This document shows positions 1-8,087 of a stretch of 50,636 nucleotides of DNA, piece after piece. Every line of letters begins with the position of its first letter. Position 1 is the stretch's first letter. Source of the stretch: Candidatus Methylomirabilis sp. Its GTDB lineage: Bacteria > Patescibacteriota > DYJS01. The translations under genes and the position numbers were made by a program. The stretch lies in assembly GCA_020723005.1 (NCBI GenBank), contig DYJS01000006.1:1-50636 (forward strand). The letters run 5' to 3'. Under the pieces are notes generated by a model. It was not told the origin of the DNA. It did no database searches and worked only from the letters and a program-made list of their open reading frames with translations.

Positions 1-36
1 TTGTCAAGAGATTTTTTAAAAAATTATTTTTTGAAA

Positions 37-354
37 ATGAAAAATATAGAGATTGAAAAGATTGTTAATGAATTTGCAAAAAATTTTGATGCAGAGGAGA
101 TTTTTATTTTTGGATCTTTTGCTAGTGGAAAATCTCGCAAAGATAGTGATTTGAATCTTCTTGTCATCACTAAAAAAATTTTTGGGACAAAGGAAAAATT
201 TGAAATTGCAAGCAGGATAAATGAAGATTTTCCAGAAATTTTAATCACTCCACTTATTTATGAAAAAAAAGAATTTGAAACTTTGAAAAATATGAACCAT
301 CCTTTAACAATGGAGATTTTGGCAGAGAGCAGTTTAGTTTTTAAAAGTCTATGA
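37..354 (+). CDS. Minimal nucleotidyltransferase (MNT-type, antitoxin-like partner of a HEPN protein)
   Basis: The motif FGSFASGKSRKDSDLNLLV matches the GSxxxG...SDxDL signature of pol-beta-fold NTases. The first ATG is at 37. The TTG at the window edge (1) may be an artefact, so the true start could lie upstream of the window. The gene overlaps the next gene by ATGA. Confidence 0.8.
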   Translation: MKNIEIEKIVNEFAKNFDAEEIFIFGSFASGKSRKDSDLNLLVITKKIFGTKEKFEIASRINEDFPEILITPLIYEKKEFETLKNMNHPLTMEILAESSLVFKSL

Positions 355-842
355 ACAAAAAAATATTTAAAAATTCATCGGAAAAATCTTCTCATATTTT
401 CGGAATTTCTTGGTTTCAACAATCTATTCAAGACTTTGGTGCTTCAGTTTTTCTTCGTAGTGGAAATTTTTTTGAACATTCCTGCTTTATGGCACATCAA
501 TCAACAGAAAAAGCTCTTAAAGGATTTTTGTTTTATTTTGGTTTTCGTGGATTAAAAAAACATAATTTATTGATGCTTGTTTCTCTTACTGAAAAGGTTG
601 ATAAAGGCATAAAAGAAAAAATTTTAAAACAGATTAGTATTTTAAATCAATTTTATCTTTTTTCACGATATCCACTTTTTGATCATGGAAAATTATTAGG
701 TCATGAAACTTTTAACACAGAAGAAAATGCAACAGAAGCGATAAAATCTGCAAAAAAAATCTTTGAAGAGTTGGTTTTATTTTTAGAAGAGAGTGATCGT
801 GAAAAAGTTTGGGAATTTGCAAAAAAACATATAAATGTCTAA
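351..842 (+). CDS. HEPN domain protein (toxin-like partner of MNT)
   Basis: The sequence is an all-helical type with AHQSTEKALKGFL and KKHNLLML motifs and SRYPLFDH (an R-x5-H arrangement), as in HEPN domains. It overlaps the upstream NTase gene by 4 nt. Confidence 0.75.
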   Translation: MNKKIFKNSSEKSSHIFGISWFQQSIQDFGASVFLRSGNFFEHSCFMAHQSTEKALKGFLFYFGFRGLKKHNLLMLVSLTEKVDKGIKEKILKQISILNQFYLFSRYPLFDHGKLLGHETFNTEENATEAIKSAKKIFEELVLFLEESDREKVWEFAKKHINV

Positions 843-1524
843 AATTGTAAAAATTAAAAAATTAGAAAAACTTTATGGAGAGATGGAGTTTTTACGAGGA
901 AAACTTGAAATTTGTGCAAGTTGTAAAAATTTTGTGAAAGGAACGGGAGATGTTGATTCAAAAATTCTTTTTGTTGGTGAAGCACCTGGAAGAGATGAAG
1001 ATTTACAAGGAGAACCTTTCGTTGGAAGAAGTGGAAAACTTTTTATAAAAATTTTAGAAGAGAATAATTTTTTACGAAAAGAAATTTTTATCACAAACAT
1101 TGTGAAGTGCAGACCACCAGAAAATCGTGATCCATCTATTGAAGAGATAAGCCTATTTTCAAAAATTTTAAAACAAGAGGTAGAGATTTTGAATCCAAAA
1201 ATTATAGTGACACTTGGAAGAATTTCGTTGGGATTTTTTTTAGAAAATGTAAAATTTAAAAATCAAAATACAAAAGAGATTGTAGAAATAATGGATTTAA
1301 AAAATAAAAAGGACAATCATAATGAATTGTCCCTACAGAAAAATTTTCTAAATTTTAAAATTTCAGATCTTCATGGAAAGTTTTTTAAAATTTCAAAAAA
1401 TCGTTTTTTATTTCCAATGTATCATCCATCTTTTGCACTTCGTGGAAGAAAAAACTTAGAAAGTTTTAGAAAAGATTTTGAAATTTTTTCGAAAGATTTT
1501 TTAAAGATTTATGAAAAAATTTAA
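835..1524 (+). CDS. Uracil-DNA glycosylase, family 4-like
   Basis: Motifs GEAPGRDEDLQGEPFVGRSGKL, NIVKCRPPENRDP and HPS near the C-terminus are present. The N-terminal CxxC (CASC) is present. The ATG overlaps the HEPN stop by 8 nt. Confidence 0.8.
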   Translation: MSKIVKIKKLEKLYGEMEFLRGKLEICASCKNFVKGTGDVDSKILFVGEAPGRDEDLQGEPFVGRSGKLFIKILEENNFLRKEIFITNIVKCRPPENRDPSIEEISLFSKILKQEVEILNPKIIVTLGRISLGFFLENVKFKNQNTKEIVEIMDLKNKKDNHNELSLQKNFLNFKISDLHGKFFKISKNRFLFPMYHPSFALRGRKNLESFRKDFEIFSKDFLKIYEKI

Positions 1525-1577
1525 AAATTATTTGATACTTTTAAAATCATTTTTATTTCTTTTTTGCATAAAAAAGT

Positions 1578-2660
1578 ATGAATAGCTCAATAAAACTTTC
1601 TGATTTTGATTATGATCTACCAAAAAATTTGATTGCAATTTATCCACCAGCTCTTCGTGGAACAACGAGACTTTTGGTTTTAGATCGCAAAAATCAAAAA
1701 ATTTTTCATAAAAATTATAGCGATTTTGTGGATTTTTTATCTGAAGGAGATGTTGTTGTTCTGAACAAAACAAAGGTGATTTATGCAAGAATTTTTGCAG
1801 AAAATGAGTTTGGTGGAAAGGTTGAAATTTTTTATCAAAATATGAAAGTTTCTGAAAATCCAGATCCAAATAGGTTTCGATTTTTTGCTCTTCTTGGTGG
1901 AAAAGTTTCTTATAAAAATTTCTCTTCAAATGTTGAAAAAACTTTTTCAAATTTGCGAGTTCAAAATTTTGAATTTAAGATTTTAAAACAGGTTGAATCT
2001 TCACTTTTTGAGTTAGAATTTTCTGGAAGTAAAGATGAGTTTTTTGATTTAATGAAGAAGGAAGGACATGTTCCAATTCCAAAATATCTAAAGCGAGAAG
2101 ATTTGGAGATTGATAAAGAGAGATATCAAACAGTTTTTGCGAAAATTTCTGGTTCAGTTGCTGCACCAACTGCTTCCATAAACATTACGGATGAAATTCT
2201 TGAAAAACTTAAAAAGAAAAAAGTTAAAATTGTTTATGTGAATTTAGTTGTTGGTTGGGATACATTTAAACCTATTGAAGAGGAAAATATTTTGGATCAT
2301 AATATGCATTCTGAAGAAATTGAAATCACAAAAGAAACTGCAGAAATTATTAATAATGCAAAAAAAGAGAATAGAAAAATTTTAGGAGTTGGAACAACTG
2401 TTATGCGAGTTTTGGAATCTAGCTCTGATGAAAATGGAATTTTAAAAGAATTTTTTGGAACAACAAAAATTTTTATTTTTCCACCATATAAATTTAAAGT
2501 TGCAAACATGATGATTACAAATTTTCATGCACCACGAACAACGGTTCTTATTATGGCATCAGCTTTTGCAGGACGGGAATTTTTGCTTTCTGCATATGAA
2601 GTTGCAAAAAAAGAAAATTATAAATTTTTGAGTTATGGAGATAGTTGTTTGATTTTATAA
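1578..2660 (+). CDS. queA: S-adenosylmethionine:tRNA ribosyltransferase-isomerase
   Basis: The N-terminus LSDFDYDLPKNLIAIYP, then GHVPIPKYL, VAAPTAS, GTTVMRVLES and NFHAPRTT, match QueA along the full length. Confidence 0.9.
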   Translation: MNSSIKLSDFDYDLPKNLIAIYPPALRGTTRLLVLDRKNQKIFHKNYSDFVDFLSEGDVVVLNKTKVIYARIFAENEFGGKVEIFYQNMKVSENPDPNRFRFFALLGGKVSYKNFSSNVEKTFSNLRVQNFEFKILKQVESSLFELEFSGSKDEFFDLMKKEGHVPIPKYLKREDLEIDKERYQTVFAKISGSVAAPTASINITDEILEKLKKKKVKIVYVNLVVGWDTFKPIEEENILDHNMHSEEIEITKETAEIINNAKKENRKILGVGTTVMRVLESSSDENGILKEFFGTTKIFIFPPYKFKVANMMITNFHAPRTTVLIMASAFAGREFLLSAYEVAKKENYKFLSYGDSCLIL

Positions 2661-2726
2661 ATTTTTTTGTTTTTTTAATTTTTAAATTATTAAAAGGTAA
2701 TTTAGATTTTAATTTTTAAAAATCTC

Positions 2727-2754
2727 TTGCATCAAAAAAATTTTTTTTTAGAAG
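2727..2754 (+). promoter_or_regulatory. Candidate sigma70-type promoter for rpsF operon (TTGCAT-N16-TAGAAG)
   Basis: The -35-like TTGCAT sits at 2727-2732 and the -10-like TAGAAG at 2749-2754, with a 16-nt spacer. Several other genes in the window show the same architecture. Confidence 0.35.
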
Positions 2755-2772
2755 TTTTTTGCATTTAGCTTT

Positions 2773-2794
2773 TCTTGGGTGTGTTTCCCCAAGA
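2773..2794 (+). promoter_or_regulatory. 5'-leader hairpin upstream of rpsF
   Basis: TCTTGGG (2773-2779) pairs perfectly with CCCAAGA (2788-2794) around an 8-nt loop. It is a locally GC-rich stem in AT-rich DNA, 24 nt before the rpsF ATG. Confidence 0.4.
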
Positions 2795-2817
2795 AATCAA
2801 TCCAAAGCGAACTAAAA

Positions 2818-3255
2818 ATGAAAAATTTTTACGAATTCATTTTTGTATTACCGGGTTCTTTATTGCCAGATGAAGCAGAAAAACATAGGAAAGTTGTCAT
2901 TTCTCAGTTAGCAAAAAACGATGCAAAAATTGTTGAAGAACAAAATTGGGGAAGAAGAGAGCTTGCATATAACATCAAAGGAGAGAAATCTGGTTATTAT
3001 AGTCTCGTTTTTTTTGAAGCTGATAGTGAAAAAATCAATACTTTTAGAGATGAATTAAAGGTTCTTCCAAAAGGTGTAAAAGTTTTGAGATTTCTTTTTA
3101 ACAAAACGACAGAATCAAACTTTTCACAAACAAGAAATATGAAAGGTGAATTTGATATGCCAAAAGAATTTGAATCAAGATTGAAATCTGCTCCAGTTGT
3201 AAAAACTTCAACAGAAGAAGTTTTTGAAGAAGAACCTGCAAATTTAGATAATTAA
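2818..3255 (+). CDS. rpsF: 30S ribosomal protein S6
   Basis: MKNFYEFIFVL... and WGRRELAYNIKGEKSGYY are typical of S6. The ATG at 2818 is preferred over the GTG at 2779 in the track. The gene sits in the classical rpsF-ssb-rpsR order. Confidence 0.9.
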   Translation: MKNFYEFIFVLPGSLLPDEAEKHRKVVISQLAKNDAKIVEEQNWGRRELAYNIKGEKSGYYSLVFFEADSEKINTFRDELKVLPKGVKVLRFLFNKTTESNFSQTRNMKGEFDMPKEFESRLKSAPVVKTSTEEVFEEEPANLDN

Positions 3256-3264
3256 ATTTTTATA

Positions 3265-3708
3265 ATGGATCTAAATAAAGTTATGCTTATTGGAAATGTG
3301 ACACAGGATCCACGAGTTTCCCAAACTCCAAGTGGTCAAATGGTTGCCAGTGTTACAATTGCAACAAATCGAACTTGGACAGATCAAAATAATGTTAAAC
3401 AAAACGAAGCTACTTTTCATAATGTAATATTTTGGAGAAAACTTGCAGAGATTGTTGAAAAATATGTTAAAAAAGGTGGAAAAGTTTATGTTGAAGGCGA
3501 ACTTCGCACAAGAGAATATGTTGCAAAAGATGGAACTAACAGAAAAATTACAGAGGTTGTTGCATCAAATTTAATTCTTTTAAATAGAGTTGGTGGAGAT
3601 TCTGCACAATCATCTTCCTATTCTTCATTACAAGATTTTTCAAAAAATAATTCTCAGGACGATGAGATTCAATTAGATGAAATTAATCTTGATGATATTC
3701 CAGTTTAA
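3265..3708 (+). CDS. ssb: Single-stranded DNA-binding protein
   Basis: LNKVMLIGNVTQDPRV, an OB-fold core, and an acidic C-terminal tip LDDIPV identify SSB. Confidence 0.9.
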   Translation: MDLNKVMLIGNVTQDPRVSQTPSGQMVASVTIATNRTWTDQNNVKQNEATFHNVIFWRKLAEIVEKYVKKGGKVYVEGELRTREYVAKDGTNRKITEVVASNLILLNRVGGDSAQSSSYSSLQDFSKNNSQDDEIQLDEINLDDIPV

Positions 3709-3725
3709 ATTTAAAATTTTCGAAG

Positions 3726-3956
3726 ATGTCAAAAATCACAGATTTTTTTAGTCAAAACAGAGATATTCCAGTTAGTTTTAAAGCTCCTTGGAGTCTAAAA
3801 TTTTATTTGAACGGAGAGTATGGTCTTAAAACAAGATCAGACAATAAAACTTCAAATAAGATGCAAAGAAAAGTTGAGAGGGAAGTTAAAAAAGCAAGAC
3901 ACCTTGCACTTTTACCTTTTGTTTTATTACATTCAAATTTTGAAAAACATGAATAA
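3726..3956 (+). CDS. rpsR: 30S ribosomal protein S18
   Basis: The C-terminal KMQRKVEREVKKARHLALLPFV matches the S18 signature (..AIKRARxLALLPY). The gene follows ssb. Confidence 0.85.
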   Translation: MSKITDFFSQNRDIPVSFKAPWSLKFYLNGEYGLKTRSDNKTSNKMQRKVEREVKKARHLALLPFVLLHSNFEKHE

Positions 3957-4467
3957 AGGACAAATTTTACAAAAAATTTCGGAAAAAGATTATAGAAAAA
4001 ATGACTTATCTGTTCGTGTTGGAGATAAAGTCATTCTTTCTGTTAGAATTAAAGAAGAAAAAAGAGAGAGAATTCAGGCTTTTGAAGGTTTTGTTATTGC
4101 AATAAAACATGGAAAAGGCATCAATGGAAGATTCACGGTTCGAAGAGTTGGAAAAGATGGAATTGCTGTTGAAAGAATTTTTCCACTTCATTCAGAATTT
4201 ATTGAAAAAATTGAAGTTGTAAAAAGTTATAGAGTTCGAAGAGCAAAACTAAATTTTATCAAAGATAAAATTGGAAATGTTAAACTTCCAGAACTTCGTG
4301 GAAAAAAGAAAGGAAAATCTATAACTTTTTCCGTGAAGGCTGAAAATTCTGAAGTTGCTCCAGAAGAAAAAAAGAAATTAGAAATTGTTGAAGAATTGTC
4401 CTCGGCAGAAAATTCTTCTCAAGAAAACGAAACTTTAATTGTTCAAAACGAAGAAAAAGTTTCATAA
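3949..4467 (+). CDS. rplS: 50S ribosomal protein L19 with long C-terminal tail
   Basis: VRVGDKVILSVRIKEEKRERIQAFEGFVIAIKHGKGINGRFTVRRV..GIAVERIFPLHS matches L19. The ATG at 3949 (MNKGQIL) overlaps the rpsR stop by 8 nt. The track start at 3820 lies inside rpsR and is rejected. Confidence 0.9.
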   Translation: MNKGQILQKISEKDYRKNDLSVRVGDKVILSVRIKEEKRERIQAFEGFVIAIKHGKGINGRFTVRRVGKDGIAVERIFPLHSEFIEKIEVVKSYRVRRAKLNFIKDKIGNVKLPELRGKKKGKSITFSVKAENSEVAPEEKKKLEIVEELSSAENSSQENETLIVQNEEKVS

Positions 4468-4468
4468 T

Positions 4469-5092
4469 ATGTTTTCTAAAAAAATAAATTTACGTTCTAT
4501 TTTTTGGTATTTTGGAATTCCAATTCTTTTTGGTTTATTTTTTTTACTTGGAGCAAGTTTTGTAAATTCAAATATAAAACTTTCAAGAAAGTTTTCTGTT
4601 GCAGTTAGTGTATTTGGTTTTCAAAATCCAGATTTAGAATCTTCCTCGACAGAATCAGAAGGAACAAATGAAAGCTCTATTCAAGAATCAGCAAATTCAA
4701 AAGCACAAACTATTGCTGTTTTTCTTCGTAGTGGTGCAGTTTCAGAAAAAATTCTTTCATTGGCAGATGCAAAAAAATTTTGCACACCAAAAGAGAAATT
4801 TTTTATTTCAGAATCAGCACAATTTTCAAGCTCTGTCACAGTAACTTTCTCTTGTTCAAACGAGATTTCTGAAAAAAAACTTTTGGAAATTCAAACTTCT
4901 TTAGAAAAAGTTTTGAATGAAAAATTAAGTGAAAAATGGAGTTCTAACAAAACAATTTGGAAAATTGATGTTTTAGAACCTGCAGATGTAACAATAAAAA
5001 TCTCTGAGGAGATAATTTTATCACTAGCTTTTTTAAGTGGAATCTTGATGGGAATCTTCGTGAGTGTTGTTTTTGAAAAAAAAGAAATCTAA
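4469..5092 (+). CDS. Hypothetical bitopic membrane protein (N- and C-terminal TM helices, Ser/Glu-rich exposed domain)
   Basis: The ORF runs from the ATG at 4469. Hydrophobic segments are IFWYFGIPILFGLFFLLGA and LSLAFLSGILMGIFVSVVF. The topology resembles Wzz/PCP-like proteins, but I recognise no motif. Confidence 0.5.
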   Translation: MFSKKINLRSIFWYFGIPILFGLFFLLGASFVNSNIKLSRKFSVAVSVFGFQNPDLESSSTESEGTNESSIQESANSKAQTIAVFLRSGAVSEKILSLADAKKFCTPKEKFFISESAQFSSSVTVTFSCSNEISEKKLLEIQTSLEKVLNEKLSEKWSSNKTIWKIDVLEPADVTIKISEEIILSLAFLSGILMGIFVSVVFEKKEI

Positions 5093-5599
5093 ATTATTTT
5101 TCTGTTAAAATATAAATTCTATTTGAAGATACTTTTTTTGTTGTGTTCTTGTAAAGAATTTGTCTAAACTATACCATTTATTTTATTTTGAAAAATTCTT
5201 ATTTTTAGAAAATAGAAAAGGATTTTGTTTATAAAATGAAAGAATATATACAAAATATTTTTTAAATTATTTATGTTTATACTGAAATTTGATTGGCAAT
5301 TTTTAAAAACTATAAAAGAAATTCTTCATTTATATACAATTTTCCATTTGAATTAGAAAACACAAACTCCCATCACTAGATCAATTTTAAAAACGATTAT
5401 TATAATCTTTGAAAAAAATTTATTAAATCATTTACCTTTATTTGTTTTGAGATTTAAATTTAAAATTTTTTGAAGTTTTTGTTGATTACTTGATAATATT
5501 TCAAGAGGGATCATAAATAGGATTTTTAAAATTTTTGTATTTTGAGAAAACATATTTTTTAAAGATTTTTTTAATAAAGAACTTTTTTGAAATTTTAAG

Positions 5600-6571
5600 T
5601 TATATTTTTTGAATTTTCCAAATTCCACCAGAATTTACAAATTTTCCGGGCAAAGAAAACCCTGCAGCACGAATATGTCCACCTCCTGTTGGGGAAAAAA
5701 GTTTTGCAAGTTTATTAACATCAACATTAGAGCGAGATCTGAAACTTCCTTTAATAGTTCCTTCTTCTTTTTCGGAAAGAACAAGCGAGATATCTGCTTC
5801 TTGAATTGTATTTAAAAAATTTGATAAACCACTTAAAGTTTCTCCTGCTTTTTTATATTTTTCTATATCGCTATGTGTTAAAAAAGTATGAGCTATCTTA
5901 CTTTTTTCATTAACACGAAGTCGAGAAAGTGCTAAAGACCAAACAGAAATTTCTTCTTCTGTAATGTGATTTAGAACATTTTCCATAACAGATGAAATTT
6001 CTGCTCCTTTTTCTAAGAGTTTTGAAACAGAGTAAAAAGTGCTTTCAAAAACATTCGCATTTAAAAATCCGGAAGTATCGCCATATATTCCAGCTAAAAG
6101 AAGATTTGCAATTTTTTTATCAATTTCAAAGTTCATATTTTCTAACATATAAAATATGATTTCTGATGTTGAAGAGATTTCGGTTGTATGAATATGAACA
6201 GAAGATTCAGATAATTTTTTTTGGTGGTGATCAATTTCTATGATTGGATAAAAATTTTTTAGTAAAAAACTATGAGATTCAAAAAATCCTGTTAATTGTG
6301 GATTTGTGTCAACAACAATTACTGCTTCAACATTAGAAATTGCAGGTGGAATTTTTGAAAATTTTTCTAGTCCAGAAAGAAACCGAAAGTTTTCAGAAGG
6401 TGTATCATAATTTACAACATAAACTTTTTTTCCAATAGATTCTAAAAAAATAGCCATTGATAATTGACTTCCAACACAATCTAAATCTGGTCCTCTGTGT
6501 CCAAAAATTGCAAAACTATTTTTTTCTCTAAAAATTTTTGCGACTTTTTCTAGTTCGGTTTTTTCAAGCAT
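5600..6571 (-). CDS. nrnA: DHH-family phosphoesterase, NrnA-like (oligoribonuclease / pAp phosphatase)
   Basis: GHRGPDLDCVGS, DTN, DHHQ and GGGHIRAAGF are the DHH/DHHA1 motifs. Confidence 0.8.
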   Translation of the reverse strand: MLEKTELEKVAKIFREKNSFAIFGHRGPDLDCVGSQLSMAIFLESIGKKVYVVNYDTPSENFRFLSGLEKFSKIPPAISNVEAVIVVDTNPQLTGFFESHSFLLKNFYPIIEIDHHQKKLSESSVHIHTTEISSTSEIIFYMLENMNFEIDKKIANLLLAGIYGDTSGFLNANVFESTFYSVSKLLEKGAEISSVMENVLNHITEEEISVWSLALSRLRVNEKSKIAHTFLTHSDIEKYKKAGETLSGLSNFLNTIQEADISLVLSEKEEGTIKGSFRSRSNVDVNKLAKLFSPTGGGHIRAAGFSLPGKFVNSGGIWKIQKI

Positions 6572-6622
6572 AAATTTAAATAAACATTTTGGTTTTTGTT
6601 TCTCATTTTTTTTGAAAAAAAG

Positions 6623-6958
6623 TCAAGGATTATTTTTGTCTAAATATATTCTTTCCTCAATTTTAACAAATTCTGGGTGTTTTGAGATAAATTCATCTAT
6701 GCGAGATTGTTTTTCAGAAATTGCAATATCTGATTCAATAAGTTCAATCTCTGTATTTAAATTGTTGATTTTTTGCTCTAAATCATAATTTTGAAAATTT
6801 TGAACAGAGCTTAAACTTTGAATATAAATGTATAAAAGTAATTCTAAAATTAAAATAAATCCAATTATTGTTATGAAGGTTGAATAACCAATGTAAAAAG
6901 AAGTTAAGATTGTTTTTTTGATTATTATAGATTTTTTAATTTGAAATTTTTTTATCAT
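6623..6958 (-). CDS. Small bitopic coiled-coil membrane protein (FtsB/FtsL/DivIC-like by architecture)
   Basis: It has one TM helix followed by a heptad-like segment (LEQKINNLNTEIELIESDIAISEKQ). It is divergent from mreB. The architecture is typical of septum-formation initiators, but this is not a sequence-level identification. Confidence 0.4.
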   Translation of the reverse strand: MIKKFQIKKSIIIKKTILTSFYIGYSTFITIIGFILILELLLYIYIQSLSSVQNFQNYDLEQKINNLNTEIELIESDIAISEKQSRIDEFISKHPEFVKIEERIYLDKNNP

Positions 6959-7029
6959 AATTTTTCTAAAAAATTTTCACTTTTTTTCAATAAAAAATCT
7001 TTTAGAGTGTTTTTGGTTAAGATCTATTT

Positions 7030-8082
7030 GTGTTTAAAAGATTTTTTAAAAAATTTGTTATGGATATTGCAATTGATCTTGGAACAGCAAATGTTTTGGT
7101 TTATGTAAAAGGAAAGGGAATTATAATAAATGAACCATCAGTTGTTGCACTAAATAAAAATACTGGAAAAATTATTGCAATTGGTAGAAAAGCAAAAGAG
7201 ATGGTGGGTAGAACACCTGCTTTAATAATTGCCTCAAGACCTTTAACAAATGGAGTCGTTGCAGACTTTGAGATAACTGAGCAGATGCTTAGATATTTTA
7301 TAGATTTAACGAACAAAGATAATATATTTGGATTTTTTAAACCTCGTGTGATTATTGGAATTCCATCAGGTGTAACAGAGGTAGAAAAAAGAGCTGTTGA
7401 AAATGCTGCAATCAATGCTGGTGCTCAAAAAGTTTTTTTAGTTGAGGAGCCAATGGCATCTGCAATTGGTGCAAGACTTCCGGTTAATGAAGCAAGTGGT
7501 TCTATGATTGTTGATATTGGTGGTGGAACTTGTGAAATTGCAGTAATCTCTCTTGGTGGAACTGTTGTTAGTAAATCCGTGAGGATTGCTGGAGATAGAT
7601 TTACACAAGACATAATAGATTATATGAAAGAAAAATATAATCTGATTATTGGAGAACAAACTGCAGAAAAGGTTAAAATTCAAGTTGGCTCAGTTTTTGA
7701 GCCAGACAAAGATTTAAAAACTTTTGTTTATGGAAGAGACCTTATTTCTGGACTTCCAAAAGAGATTGAATTTTCTGCAAAAGATTCATCAGAAGCTTTA
7801 TATAAATCAATAAAATCAATTGTAGAATCAATAAAAGAAGTTATAGAAACTGCTCCTCCAGAACTTGTCACAGATATTTTTAAACAAGGGATTGCACTTT
7901 CTGGTGGAGGTGTTTTGCTTCGTGGTTTTGATTCTTTGCTAACAAAAGAAACGGGAATAGAATCAAAAGTCACCGATGATCCTCTAACGGCAGTTGTTCG
8001 TGGGGCAGGAATTATTTTAGAAGAGTTGGATACTTTGGAAGGAGTTTTGTTGAAAACGGACTATAAAGATGCACCTAGATAA
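7030..8082 (+). CDS. mreB: Rod shape-determining actin homologue MreB
   Basis: DIAIDLGTANVLVY, IINEPSVVA, EEPMASAIGA, VDIGGGTCEIAVIS and GIALSGGG are present. The start is a GTG at 7030; an alternative ATG lies at 7060. Confidence 0.95.
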   Translation: MFKRFFKKFVMDIAIDLGTANVLVYVKGKGIIINEPSVVALNKNTGKIIAIGRKAKEMVGRTPALIIASRPLTNGVVADFEITEQMLRYFIDLTNKDNIFGFFKPRVIIGIPSGVTEVEKRAVENAAINAGAQKVFLVEEPMASAIGARLPVNEASGSMIVDIGGGTCEIAVISLGGTVVSKSVRIAGDRFTQDIIDYMKEKYNLIIGEQTAEKVKIQVGSVFEPDKDLKTFVYGRDLISGLPKEIEFSAKDSSEALYKSIKSIVESIKEVIETAPPELVTDIFKQGIALSGGGVLLRGFDSLLTKETGIESKVTDDPLTAVVRGAGIILEELDTLEGVLLKTDYKDAPR

Positions 8083-8087
8083 AAAAT

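Noticed and set aside
3820-3948. The ORF-track N-terminal extension of rplS.
   Set aside because: It lies inside rpsR in another frame. L19 homology begins at the ATG at 3949.
5428-5628. A 66-aa minus-strand ORF downstream of, and overlapping, the nrnA 3' end.
   Set aside because: It is a Lys/Asn/Leu-rich low-complexity sequence with no RBS and no motif, and it overlaps nrnA by 29 nt. It is probably a chance ORF in the long AT-rich spacer.
7101-7973. Several antisense ORFs in the track lie inside mreB (7101-7415, 7425-7613, 7438-7683, 7728-7973). Similar ones lie inside rpoB/rpoC (e.g. 42408-42803, 43011-43454), atpA (14035-14778), eno (24932-25777) and gpmI.
   Set aside because: They overlap genes with unambiguous full-length homology on the opposite strand. 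They have low-complexity or odd composition and no motifs, so they are typical shadow ORFs.
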